A stretch of DNA of 64,000 nt. Origin: Vicugna vicugna (lineage: Eukaryota). The DNA lies in assembly GCA_013265495.1 (NCBI GenBank), contig MU057930.1, forward strand, positions 1,318,057 to 1,382,056, in the 5' to 3' direction. Made by a program: the position numbers and the translations under genes. The notes beneath the pieces are model-generated. The model made no database searches, was not told the origin of the DNA, and saw only the letters and a list, made by a program, of their open reading frames with translations. Positions 13,622-26,370 of this stretch are shown here, one piece after another. Within the stretch, counting starts at the first letter, position 1. Each line of letters begins with the position of its first letter.

Positions 13622-13757
13622 GGGGGGAGGGTGTAGCTCAGCGGTAGAGCGTGTGCTGAGCATGCACGAGGTCCTGGGTTCAATCCCCAGTGCCTCCATT
13701 AGAAAGGAAATTGGAAATAAATAAATAAACCTAATCACCTCCACCTCCCGACAGAAA
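13622..13757 (+). mobile_element. tRNA-derived SINE (camelid Vic-1 type)
   Basis: A/B-box tRNA head followed by the aaataaataaacctaatcacctcc tail. Confidence 0.9.
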
Positions 13758-14675
13758 CCACAGGGGTTAAATACAGCCCTACGCACAGGCCACCATGAAC
13801 GTAACCACCGCACCAGCCAGCCTGACTTGACTTGTGTGAGTGGTGAACGCCCAGCAGGGTGTCCAGGGCCCCCTCAGACACTTCCACACACTGGTCATTC
13901 TCCAGCGCCCCCTGGCAGGCCCTCTGTGCTTTCCTCTCCTGGAGTCCCAGGACTCAGCCACCCCCTCAGTCAGCAGAGGCCTCTGCTTTCCATTGCTTCC
14001 ACAGCCCAGAAGCAGTGAGACCAGCACCCGGGGGCTTCTATCTGCCCGGCCACTGCCCCACCCACACCTGAACCACATGCTCCACCCCGGAGGCCGTTAA
14101 GGCTCAGATGCTGGGTGCCCTGTCCTCTCTGAACACAATGCTCCCGTCTGGGGAAGGCTTCCGCCTTGTGCTCTGAGGGACGCTGGACCGAGTCCCGAGT
14201 GGGCGTCTCCCAGCCGCAAACACATTGGCCTCATTTTCCACGCTAGAAAAATATACTCTTCACCCCACTTCCCCAAGCCGTCCAGGCCCACTCCTTCCTG
14301 CTCCCACATGTGCTGACATCCCCCCAAAAGAACCGCATCTTCTCCCCACGTCCCTGACGCCTCCGCCAGCCCACTCTGCCCTGGAGGGCGTCCAGGCACA
14401 TCATGTCTGCAGCTGCCTTGCTTCCTGAGCTTTTCTGGATCCTGTGCCAGTAACATGTGCTTCAACTGTGTGTGTGTGTGTGTGTGTGTACACATTACGT
14501 CCACCACACATATTATCAATTAAGCACCAGACAGGTGTTGGCAAACAAAGGAATTCTGTAAACAAAAAGAACATACACATACATTTACTACGTGCAATAC
14601 ATTTTAAAATAGATAAAAACATAATAAAATATACATATACATATGAATATATGAATATATCCACGTATGTATCTT

Positions 14676-15035
14676 GTAAGACTTTCCTGGGGCCACTATA
14701 AAAAATTACCACAAATTTGGTAGCTTAAACCTGGAGAAATTGCTAAAACAACACAGATGTATTCCCCTGTGGTTCTAGGGGACAGAGGTCAGAAATCAAG
14801 GTGCCCCAGGGCCATGCTCCCTCCAGAGGCTCCAGGGGAGGGTCCCTCCTGCCTCTTCTAGCTTCTGGGGGCTCCAGGCGTCCCTGGGCTGGTGGCCGCT
14901 CCTCCCGGCCCCATCTCTGCCTTCACGCGGCTTCTCCTCCGTGTCCCCGTATCCAAATCGTCTCTCCTTTCTCTTGTGAGGACACCAGTGAATGGGCAGA
15001 GCCCATGTTAATCCGGCATCACTTCACCTCACTGA
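14676..15035 (-). mobile_element. MLT1-type MaLR LTR
   Basis: aaattaccacaaatttggtagcttaaac...aaatcaaggtg...gggccatgctccctccagaggctccaggggag...ctcttctagcttctgg is characteristic of MLT1. Confidence 0.8.
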
Positions 15036-16350
15036 TAGCTACACACCACATACATTTACATATATGTGTGCTTCTCCATCCCACAGACTAGGAATGAACC
15101 ACCTGGACAGGCACTGGAGAAACCAAGTAATTCTAGAAGGAATGCTGTGGTGGTTGAGAGCAATGGGAATATGGAGGTGGAAGAAAGAATGCACCCCCAC
15201 TGAAAGCGCACATCACATGAGCCTCTGGCGGGGAAGCAGGCCAGCCTGGGGTGGCCCCGGCACCGGGACGTGCGCCCCTCCAGCTGGCCCTCCCCCTGGA
15301 CAGGATGGGCTTCCTGCCGCTGCCCTGCGTCTGCCGCCATCTACCTCACCCTTGCTGACCAAAGCAGAGGCACTTTCGGCTGTTACATTTAGGCATTAAC
15401 ACATCCTTCTGTACAGAACTGTGCGACAGGAAGCTGTACACGTGTGTTGGCAGGTGTGCGTGTGTGCAGTACGGCATGTGAGGTCCACACTCACGACACG
15501 GGTATTTATGGTGACTGCGTGAGTGGGTGGGTGAGCAAGCATTCCCTTCTACATAGAGAAACAATGAGAATTTTTATCTCCCTAAACCCCAGGGTCTTAG
15601 ACCTTGTCTTCCTGAAGCACGGACACCGGACTTGCACAGTGACCTTCCCCATCACTCAGGAGGCTGTGCGTGACCGCTGAGACTCTGCACCCAGCTACAG
15701 TCCGCTCCTCTGTGAAGACGGGCTGCTCTGTGTGTTATTTACAATTCTGTGTAGCAAGCCTTCTGTGCAGAGACATCTTCTTATTTTTAATCCCGAAACA
15801 GTAAACCTCCTTTCGGGAGGGTGGCTACTTCACCAGCTTTGTGACACAAGGCCTAATGGAGGAGCAGAGCTGGCAACCAAGACGACGCCCAGAAATTTGT
15901 AATCAGAGGGAAAAACATTCTTACCCTGTTTCAACCTAACAAAGTAGCAAGTGCATGCGCGCACGCACATGCACACACAGCCAAAAGGAAACAGAAAAAC
16001 TTGCAAATCCAAAATCAGTGTTAGATTTAAACATATCTTTCTCCGAAACGGTTTGTCAAGCAGAAGACTATTTAGAAAACAGGTGTAGCTACAACATAGA
16101 ACATGAAAAGGATCGTACTGATGGACTTTCACAGAACACCGCACAGCCGGAACAATTACAGATTGACTATGTTAACCAGTAAACCCTTAAGACGGCAGCA
16201 GCGAAAGAACATAATAAAAATATGTTATCTGAGGACACTGCAGCAAAATTAGAAACTGATACCAAAACATGAGTTAAAAACATGCCATGCGCTCGGATCA
16301 TAACACACACACTTCTAAGTAATTCGTGTGTTCCGAACGAAAATATCATA

Positions 16351-16487
16351 GGGAGGGTAGAGCTCGGTGGTAGAGCGTGTGCTTAACATGCACGAGGTCC
16401 TGGGTTCCATCCTCAGTTCCTTTCATTAAAAAAAAAATGATAAATAAACCTAATTACCTCTCCCTCCCAAGAAAAGAAAAATAAAAC
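16351..16487 (+). mobile_element. tRNA-derived SINE (camelid Vic-1 type)
   Basis: Same head and tail as the other copies. Confidence 0.9.
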
Positions 16488-17259
16488 ACCTTCCAGGTTA
16501 AAAAAAAAAATCAGAGAAATCGGGAAATACGCAGAATCGAAAGACGCTGATAACATCCCACAGCAAGTCACGTTAAGTATGACTGCAAGGGGCTCATTTT
16601 CCTTCACCAATTTTTTCGGCTATGTGACTGATTTTACAAGGTAAATATTTTAAGGCCAAAAAGAAGCTGGGAAGCCCAAACTAAAGGCAAAGAGAGTAAA
16701 AAGAAGGAAGTGAGAAGTAACTACATCATGGTCTGCATCAGAACTCGAGAGAGACTCAGCAGCACAGCAAATAAAATTTAGAGCACTGGCTACTGGAAAG
16801 GAGTAATATGGGAAAAAACATGGACATGGCTGGTCAAGAAGAAAGAAAGAAAAGCATACAGTGTCAGCAGCACGCTGAAACAGGAGACAGTGTCTTCGAC
16901 GAGCAGAGACTGAAGAAAGCCGTACCAGGGTGAAGCAGATCCCTGTGTTCGCAGATGCGTGCGTACCCAGCGCACAGCCCGGCACCGGCAGGAAGACGCT
17001 GTAATGCGGACGCCCCGCTCGCTGCCGACCTTCCCGGGCGGTGGCGGGAGGCGGGCAAGCGCTGACGCGGGGTGGCTCTGTCACTGAAGGTCATCCACCA
17101 CACTCTTCTATTTTCGTCAACGCTTCCAACTGCATCTGTTTTCAAAATCTAAGCTGATCATACCTGAAGCTTGGTGGTGAGTGTGTTCATGACACTCTCC
17201 TCTGGACTTTCACCAATGCTTCAAAGTTCATCTGTTTTGTTTTTTAATGAATGTTCCCT

Positions 17260-17400
17260 GGGGGGAGGGTACAGCTCAAGTGATAGAGCACACGGTTAGT
17301 ATGCAGGAGGTCCTGGGTTCAATCCCCAGTGCCTCCTCTTAAAATAAAGAAATAAACCTAATCATCCACCCCCAACAAATTAAAATTAAAAAGACAAATA
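17260..17400 (+). mobile_element. tRNA-derived SINE (camelid Vic-1 type)
   Basis: tRNA head; imperfect TSD aatgaatgttccc / aataaatgtcccc. Confidence 0.9.
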
Positions 17401-17433
17401 AATAAATGTCCCCAAAAGGCGAGGAGGTACCAC

Positions 17434-18534
17434 CTGCAGGAAGGCCAGGGAAGGACTGCACAACTCTGAGAGCTCTTATTAAAAAGTATTCGTACGTCTG
17501 GTAATCAACAGACGTCGGGCAACTCCCAAGCCAGAGGGCCCACAAATCCCTACAACCAGGGTGAGTGCTGAGCAGCGCACAGACATCAGGCTGCTCCTGC
17601 CACAGGAGGAACAAAGAATCCTGTAACTCAAGTTCAAGTCAGCACAGAAAACAGCGCTGAAAATATAATGCCAGGGTTAAATCTTACACTTTTGAGTCCA
17701 GAGTAGGGGTTCTGACAATCCTGCAAATTTAAACAAACATCTCGCAATGCTGTGAACAGAATGAATAAATAAACTGTAGGATGGACTACAACACAACAAC
17801 GGAAGAAGCCACGCGTCGCTGGAAACAATGGTATGGAGACACCTGGCCAACAGACGTTGACTCAGAAAGGCAACAGAAGGCAGAGCAAACCGTATGGCTT
17901 TACGAGGTCTGAGACGAGACAGAGCTACCTGCAGGCAGGGAGGAGGGGCGGGTAGCGACAGAGGTGTGTGCAAGGCATTTCTGCGTCCCGTTAAGGTTCT
18001 ACTCACTGAGCTGGCAGGTTGTCACCTGGGTGTGTTCTGTGGTAACCCATCCAGGGGTCACTTGGTTTGTATACTGTTCGATATCTAGGTGTTATGTCCG
18101 TAAAAATGAAAAGGCAGCCTGGTAATATGTTGATGGATGAATGAGATGGATTTTCTCCGCATTTTCAAAATTAACATTCATCGAACACACTTTAAAATTG
18201 TTGTGAGAAATGGAGAAGAGTCACTGTAAACTGAGGTCCTTCCTGCCTGTCCCACTGCTTCGCTGAATGGTAGAGACACACCGGGCTGGTAAATTCGGGG
18301 GAAAAGACAGAGAAAGTGAACAGGGCACTCAGCGCGGACTAGCTACCACCGCAGGGGTGGGCAAACGCGGCCCCAGACGGACGCAGAGTTCGTGTCGGAA
18401 ATCACGATGGAGAAACATGATCGTGCTCACATCAGTGTGCCTGTGGGTCACCACCAGCGTATTCTAACAGCACAGGTGACAGGTAGCACACGGATGTTCG
18501 CACGCCATGGAAAGGAACCACCAGCTTCTGAATT
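17434..18534 (-). pseudogene. Two exons (18534-~18490 and 17549-17434): C-terminal half of REM domain 2
   Basis: NSEAGGSFPWRANIRVL, then DLWALWLGSCPTSVDYQTYEYFLIRALRVVQSFPGLPA, resembling RVLN.L..W...Y..DF.....L..FL.......PGL. Confidence 0.6.
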
Positions 18535-18818
18535 CTGAAAGTGAGCAGCAAGTTAAGATGGCTTTAAGAAAGTATTAAATTTATAGACAACGTATCACAT
18601 ATTTTACGAGAAAGAATCAAGAAAAACACAGACATATGTGTCAACATGATCATGGCTGTAATCTGGAATTAGGTAGATGTGTTTGAGAAAATAAATAAAA
18701 ACAAACTCTAAAAACTATCAATATTTCAAACGTCAATATTTTTGTCACCATTAAAATATCAGCATTTAAAGAATTTCTACATAAATGACATAAAATTCTA
18801 TAAACACTCAGACTGTAC

Positions 18819-19072
18819 CTCATTCTCTTCAACTAGAAACTGCTAAAATGAACTCAATATGTTTTGGAAACGGCACCAAACAATTCTTTAAACATCCAGG
18901 AAGAAGTCCATGTAGTCATTGGCTAATATCGGATTTAAAAGTTGAGCGAGTTGGTTGCTATGAAAGCCTGCGCTGAACGTTCCATAATGCTAAACGTTCC
19001 AGAACTCAGCGTCACATAAAGCCTGCAGTGAACGCTGATGGGCATTCTTTCTGAGGAGTCTCAGGGTGAAAC
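18819..19072 (-). pseudogene. Exon: N-terminal half of REM domain 2
   Basis: 254 bp, phase 1 to 0, single frame with three stops; QLAQLLNPILANDYMDFFLDV*RIVWCRFQNILSSF*QFLVEENE resembles L..L..L....D..Y...FL..YR; GAG|GTACAG donor. Confidence 0.7.
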
Positions 19073-19880
19073 CTTAGACACACTGTCTTTTTAAAAACTG
19101 ACAGCGCCCCTGCACTCCTGTGGTCCGAGACTCCTGCTGGAAAGGCGGGCTGTCATTGCAGCTGCCCAGGAGCCCCGGACGCAAGGGGCGCTCTTCCCAG
19201 GGCAGGAAGCAGGTGGACCCATTTCCCACAGAGCCCCACTTCCCAGCAGGGGCGCACTGACGGGGTGTGTGACAGCAGACACGCCCCCAAGGGAGCGCAC
19301 GGGGGTGATGCACGCTCCCCTCACCTCTGTGCTCATGCACACCACGCACGTGCACACACACACAGACGTGTACCAGGCACCCCCCACGGCCATGAACACA
19401 CTGTGGGGGCCCTTCTTTGTCCCTTCTGAACGCTCCATTGCCTTTTGCGTTTCTCTTCCAACCCAAATCTTCACTAGTCCCTTTCTTCCCCCTTTCTCGA
19501 AAATAAACACGAGTTAAGTACTACTTTACAAAAAAATTAAGGGGAAGAAGACAGGTTATCGTTTATCTTTCGAAATATGATTCAGGGCACAGCTCTCACT
19601 TCAGCTACAATGTTTTCACAAGTTGAATAAGGTCCTAATACGTGCAGTGCACACAGCATCACACCACGAGGTCTGTGACACTTCAGCAGGTTCTGTTAAG
19701 GGTGGTTCAGTGCCAGCACCTACATCGGGCACACAGCGAAGAAGCATTTGGGGCAACAGTTACTTCGTAAGCAACAGGCATCCACAGCGGAATGGGTTTC
19801 GTTCTGTAAGTAAACGTGCAAAAACAGCAAAGCAACTGGGCAACGACTGCGCGAGGGTCTCAGCAATGAAAGAGCGATAC

Positions 19881-21163
19881 GTCTGCTGCTCAGCTCTGCT
19901 GCCTGCGAGCTGGTCTTTAAGACGTTTTCCGCTTCTGCAGGAACGGCTTCTGGATCTCTTTCTTCTCTTTCGCAGCTACGATGTTTTCTTTTGCTTTCTC
20001 TCTCCTTTTTCTTTTTCTTTTTCTTTTTTTCCTTTTTCAAATGGAGGTACTGGGAATTGAACCGAGCACCTCGTGAATGCTCAGCACGTGTTCTACCAAC
20101 TAAGCCAGACCTCCACTCCTCACGATGTTTTAAAAGATGCCGTTTACGACGGATTTCTAAGACCAGACTGCCGTCCATCCATCCTGTTTAGCTCTGAATA
20201 CTCTCACATAAAACAAGAGCTTGTTTCGATTGCTACACACTTTTTTCTCTCTGGATGCTTCATGTATCCATGTACTGTCTCTATTGTCTCTATTCTAGGG
20301 GGTTTTTTTGTTTTTTCTTTTTAGCCTCAGGAATTCTCTCGCTTTTGTTGTTGTGATTCCACAGTGATCCATAGACCGCAAATACCCAATGAATGCTTTA
20401 TGAAATATTTAATACTGATAATGAAAAGGAGAGACAAGAACTAGACATGGGAACTGCGGCAAATCATTTTTCTTAATATAATAATCAATCAATTTTAAGT
20501 GAACTGCACTTTACCCCAGTCCACTGGGTTTGAGAGACTGAATACATTGACGTCAGCCTTTTCCCTATCATTGCTACTGCTACACCCACACACACACACG
20601 AACATGACATTCATATTCATCCCTGACTCTTCAAAACTGTTTAATAAAGCATGAATCAGCTAATTATGTTTAGGTAGTCACCACTTCAGACAGTCAAAGA
20701 GGAAAGATATTAAACTGCACGGAGTAAAATAAAATAGAGGTAAAATTCCATTAGCGTCTGTCCCACAGGAACCGGGTAACAAACACAAGTAAAATAATTA
20801 GACACAATCATATCGAGTTTCACCAACAAAATATTGACAAGTATAATAACCGTCAGCACAAATGACACTCAAAAAAGTAAACTGACACCATCAAGGCGTC
20901 ACAAGTGTGAGATGAAGTGCATTATCAGTCTTGCTGCTAACTGCGTGCCTGTCTCAAAGTGCAACTGTCTGAATCACCTTCAGAGAACACTGCTAATAAC
21001 TGGGCTTGCGAGATGAAGCCTTTGGGTAGAAATCTGGTCGTCACCGCCATGGCTCATGTCACTCAGTTCCTAAATGTTGGCGCTCTGGTCCTCAGAGGGG
21101 CTTTCAGAAAGGACCCTTTTATTTCTCTACCGAAGGCTGGCGTGTTTCGTTTTTGCAGGTGAG
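19881..21163 (-). pseudogene. Two exons (~21163-20978 and 20183-19881); the second carries an in-frame SINE insertion
   Basis: ...FISQAQLLAVFSE|GWMDGSLVLEIRRKRHLLKHR[SINE]SCEREERDPEAV...AELSSR; phase-1 joins on both sides. Confidence 0.6.
19988..20121 (-). mobile_element. tRNA-derived SINE inserted in a pseudo-exon
   Basis: Diverged tRNA head, A-rich tail and perfect 10-bp TSD ACGATGTTTT (19978-19987, 20122-20131). Confidence 0.9.
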
Positions 21164-22379
21164 CTGCAGGGTATGCACTGACCTAGTGGGGTGGCAAACA
21201 CCACAGGGGTCAATTTTCCTTTGCAGGAGCCAAGGGGCCACCTACACAAAGGATACCTCGTCGTGGTGAAGATGACCATGCCATTCCTTCTGCCCTGTGC
21301 CTGTTCCCCTGGTCCCAAGAAAGGCAACGTCCAGCCGGGAGCAAGAGGTAGCCAGGACATGTAAAGTTGCACAGGAGACCTGGGATGCCTGTCCACATCA
21401 TAAAGCTGCCATCCGTGCAGCGTCACCAAGGCCAGCTGAAGAGCCTGGCGGGGACGCCTGTCCTGTGCTAAACCATGTGTCCGAGCATCGGAGGTCCAGA
21501 TGCGCGCTAGCCCCTCCAGGTCAAGCGATGCTCACAGTAAGAAATCCAACCGCACATTAGGACACGACGACACTCAGAATGTATCTCACACGTTGTTGGA
21601 CACCTCGGGTGCCGGCACATTTAAGAAGCAACACACACACGTCCAATTTAACGGGTTAAAAAAAAAAAAAGTACATGTAGTTAATTCCAGGGCACTGTAG
21701 CCTAATTTGGTGCAAAAAAAAAAAAAGGTCTAATTTTAAACTGCATCAAATCAACCTTTTAAGTGTTTTTTTATATGAACCAATCGTTTATTTCACAGAG
21801 CTGGGCCAGCAGGCTACTTAAAACAGGTGTCAGGCTAAAACTAGAAAAAAACAGAAGTTGCGGCAGTACCATCGCCCCGTGTCTGGGACGGGCAGAGAAA
21901 CTCCAGTGTGCAGTGTCTGTACTCCCATCCGTGCTGGCCTCGCACACCAAGGGTCCTCTCACACGTTTATTTCCATGCCGCCCTGGTTCTGATTCGCTGC
22001 CCCAAACCCTTCCCCACCCCTCTCTCCCACAAGCCCGCCTGCCGAGCGCAGGGAACTGCCCCCCCATGGCGAGCAGGCTTCCCCGCACACACACCCCTTC
22101 AGTGACACCCTCCGTTGCTCGCCAACGTGCCTTACAACCCCTGCTCTCTCCCTTTCTGACGGACGCAGAGGAAAACACAGTCACGCACAGAACAAGACGG
22201 AAGCTCCGTTTCCTTCACGCTCATGTAACTGCAGCTGTCACAGAGCCCGTCAGCCCCGGCACCAGGGGCCGCCGTCCAAGCCTCAGAGGCCACGGCCAGC
22301 CGGCCAGCCCCGCGCCCGCTCCGCGGGGGCAGCTCTGTGCTTTCAGGGCTGCAGGGGTCGTGTTAAGCAAAGTACAGCC

Positions 22380-23550
22380 TGTATTTTCCAGTTATTTCTA
22401 AGTACTTATTTTGTATTTCTGCCCTTTCCACGTGTTCTGCTTTGTTTTTTATCTGTTGGTTTGATTTTTGGATTTTCTTTCCCTTTCCCATTTTCCCACT
22501 TTATTATCTGTTCTATATCACAGGCGAACATATAGCTTTTTCTTTTTTCTTTGCCAAACATGCTTTCCTTGAAGCCTGAAGGTCAACCATCCACTCCTCG
22601 GTCTCCTCAACACCGCAGAGATCTTAGGAAACGTAAAGTGCGGACAACCTCTTTCCAACTTACAAGCTGGTGTCGCCATGCATATGTACACAGACCTATC
22701 TTGTTGCATTTTCATTTCCATTAGACATTCTTATTTCAACTCATAAACACATTTGTTTCCATTTACCTACACTCTTTACCACTCTCAGTGTTCTTCCCTC
22801 TCCCCTGTGTCTCAGCGCCTTACTCTAAGATCACGCACCCTCCTCTTGAAACGTCGCCACTAGTATTAAAATTCTGGGGAAAGCCTCTTTGAGACCTTGC
22901 TGCCGTCACTAAGGTAAATTCTAAGGCTGTCTGTCTCACCTAAAGTGTCTTTATTTCTTCCTTGCTGCTGAAGGATATTGTATCCGTCGGATTTAGAAAT
23001 CTAGGTTGACGTTATCGCTCAGAACTCTGACGTCAGACTCAACGTTACTCCTTTGGAGTTTTATTTTAAATTAATTTTTCCCTACTTCTAGGTCCTGTCT
23101 TTTCCTCCGTGTTCTGAATTCGTAAGCTGATTTCTAGGTCTGGGTCTGTATTTATCACGCTTGCATGTGTCCAGGTTTCTAAACTGAGAATTGGGGTCTT
23201 TCATCACTTGGGCAAAATTCTAAAGAGAGAAAGACAGCTTCACCCTCTCCCCTTTTTTTGCTCACTTCTCCCCCGTGAAAAGCCCTTTTATGTTCAGATC
23301 TTCTCACTCCATTCCTCATATTCCATAACCTCACTTTCTAGTCTTCCATCCTTTGTCATACCGAACGTGGGTAATTTTTCAAATACTCAAAACCCTTCAT
23401 GTCATCACCCTTTCATTTCTTTCAAACCTATTGAGGATAATGATGCTTTCCGTACGATACAGTGCAAAACTTCATTCCACACCTGCCGACGTGTTCTTAG
23501 AACAGCGAACATTCAATCACGTCTCCACTGTTTTTGTGAATGTTAGCCAT
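22380..23550 (-). mobile_element. Ancient L1 (L1M-type) fragments
   Basis: T-rich degenerate sequence resembling antisense L1M ORF1-region motifs (e.g. tctttatttcttccttg...gaaggatatt). Confidence 0.5.
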
Positions 23551-23928
23551 GGACTCACTGATACCCAACGTTAATTCACCTGACTAAATTCCTCGAAACT
23601 GGATGAACGTGGATTATGGACACCACCTAGCACCGCGGGAACCTGAGGGCAGTAAGGGGTGGGGACTTGACTGTCTGAACCTAAATGCTAGCACGTACTT
23701 GCACAAGGCAGACGGGGGGGGCTCTGGGCTGCCCACCCTCCGGTGCCTTCTGAATGGTCTGCTGCCAGACATGAAACTTTGAGGACATAGGCTTGTGGCT
23801 GAGGTCCTTCCGTCTGAGTGCCTTTGGTCTGAGTCTGCGGCCGTCCCATCGTGGCCACCCTGCAGGCATCTGTGTGAGGAACAAACACCGAGCTGGGTTC
23901 CAGAGTGGAAGGGTAGACCCGAAGTCAC

Positions 23929-24316
23929 CTGCTTCTACCTTCTCCCTGTAACACAGCAGCAGTCAACTTCTGGACATGCAGTTGAGCTCTTAGTTAAAGA
24001 AAACGGTGTACATTCTGCTCCTTTTTTTGAACGCAGAGTCCTTTCTGAGCTGAGTCTGAGTTTACATTCTGCTCACGCTGGCTCTGCTGCCACTGACTCT
24101 AGGGGAGAGTGAATAAAGACAGATCTCTTGGCAGAAGAGACAAAGATGCATTTGCAGAAAAGAGGAACTGCAGACGGTCAATTCTTTTCCATTAGGCAGT
24201 CAGTTACTGTGAGCAGGCTGCCCTGGTCCAGGGCCTTGCCGAGTGTGCTCTGCTGAACGAATTTGAGACTAGGGGCCAAGCTGCCCTCAGAGAAGAGCGT
24301 GGTGTGCTTTGATCCG
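23929..24316 (-). pseudogene. Two exons (24316-24208 and 24098-23929)
   Basis: GSKHTTLFSEGSLAPSLKFVQQSTLGKALDQGSLLT joins in phase 0 to SQWQQSQREQ...HRFL*LRAQLHVQKLTAAVLQGEGRS; GTAACT and GTGACT donors. Confidence 0.55.
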
Positions 24317-24323
24317 CTGGTGA

Positions 24324-24867
24324 CGAGCATGCACGCACACACACACACACACACACACAAAGCACATCAGTAATTTTTGGTGAATTCCACCATGCTGGGT
24401 TTTTGAAAGTGGAAAGTGTAAAATGGACCTGTTGTAAGTTGTGGAGTACAATTCTTAGGAGATGTGTGGCTTCACATATTGTACAAATCTCTCTTCCATA
24501 TTTGAAAATCTAGTGATTATCCTTTTCAGAGGTCAATATGCCATTTTGCAAGATGATCAATGCAGAGGTAGACAGATGTAAAACATCAATGAAAAAGCGA
24601 GCATGCACACACACACACACACACACACACAAAGCACATCAGTAATTTTTGGTGAATTCCACCATGCTGGGTTTTTGAAAGTGGAAAGTGTAAAATGGAC
24701 CTGTTGTAAGTTGTGGAGTACAATTCTTAGGAGATGTGTGGCTTCACATATTGTACAAATCTCTCTTCCATATTTGAAAATCTAGTGATTATCCTTTTCA
24801 GAGGTCAATATGCCATTTTGCAAGATGATCAATGCAGAGGTAGACAGATGTAAAACATCAATGAAAA
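24324..24867. repeat. Tandem duplication, 2 x ~272 bp
   Basis: 24324-24595 and 24598-24867 appear identical outside the leading (CA)n tract. Confidence 0.95.
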
Positions 24868-24919
24868 TCAAATTTTAAAGACACAGGATGTTTTTATGCA
24901 GGTAAAAGTGTTTTAAACT

Positions 24920-26320
24920 CATGCAATATGGTCAATTAATTCATGAGAACGGGGCCAAGAATATACAATGAAGAAAGTGTTGGGAAAACTGTACAGCCAC
25001 ATGCAAAGGACAGAAACTGGGCCATTATCTCACACCACACAGAGAAATTATCTCAAACGGATTAAAGACTTGTATGTAAAACCTGAAACCATAAAACTTT
25101 GCAAAGAAAACACAGGCGGTAAGTCTCTTGACATCCGTCTTGGTGATAACTGGGGGAGAAGGGAGGATCTGACTCCAAAAGCAAAGGCAACAAAAGCAAA
25201 AATCAACGATTAGGACAACATCAAATGAAAAGTTTTCTGCACGGTAAAGGAAACAATCAACACAATGAAAAGGCAACCTACTGAAATGGACAAAACATAT
25301 GCAAATCACGTACCTCACAAGGGGTTAAAATCTAAAATACATAAAGAACTCATGCAACTCAACAGCAGAAAACAAATAATCCCATTTAAAAAAAAAAAAT
25401 GTGCAGAGGACCTGATCAGCATTTCTCTAAAGAAGACACACAGACGGCCAACAGGCACACGGAACGGTGGTCGACGTCCCTCATCATCAGGGAAATAAAT
25501 GCTCATCACAAGCACGCTGAGGTACCACCTCACACTTGTCAGAATGTATCATCAAAAAGGCAACAAGTAACAAAGGTTGGCGAGGGTGTGGAGAGAAGGG
25601 AATGCAGCCTGCTGGAGGGCACGTAAACTGGTGCAGCCACTGGAAAACAACACGGCAGCCCCCCCTCCCCAAATCAAAACTAGAACTCCCATATATGATG
25701 CAGCAATTTCACTCCTGGGTGGAAAACGGAAACACAAAAACAAAAAGATACATGTTCACTGCAGCGTTATTTACAACTGCCAAGACATGGAAGCAACCTC
25801 AGGGTGCAATGGACAGATGAATGCCTACAGAAGATGCGAGATTTTACACATTTACACATAGACACACATATACATGCATACACACTTACACACGCATCAC
25901 TGGAGTATTAATCAGACATGAAAAATTAGGAACTCTTCCCATCTGTGACAACACAGGCGGACTTGAAGGCATTATGCTAACTGAAATAAGTTAGAAAACG
26001 TATTTCTCACTCACATGTGGAACGTAAAAAATGACACAAATGAACTTACTTATAAAACAGACTCACAGACACAGAAAAGAACCTACGTTTCAGAAGAGGA
26101 AAGGTCGGGGAGGGATAAATTAGGGGTTTGGGATTGGCAGAAACACACCACTACATATGAAACAGATGAACAACAAGGTCCTACTAGGAACTATTCTCAG
26201 TATCTTATAATAACCCCTAAGGCAAAAGAATATTAACAAGAATATGTACAGATATGTATAACTGAATCACTATGCTGTACACTGGAAACTAACACTGTAA
26301 ATCAACTACACTTCAATTTT
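24920..26320 (+). mobile_element. Older 5'-truncated L1 (ORF2 3' part and 3' UTR)
   Basis: Frameshifted ORF2-like peptides ([43 protein letters not shown]) and the 3' UTR terminus. Confidence 0.9.
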
Positions 26321-26370
26321 TTAAACAGGCACACTTGCTTTTGTTTGCATTTCTGATACAGAGTAGGTAC

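Noticed and set aside
13622..13697. tRNA-Ala genes here and at the five similar loci
   Set aside because: Each tRNA-like head is followed by an A-rich SINE tail, some have TSDs, and all are diverged: these are SINEs, not tRNA genes.
21763..22401. 212-aa plus-strand ORF
   Set aside because: GTG start, low-complexity Pro/Arg/Ser composition and no recognisable domain; likely a chance ORF in GC-rich intron.
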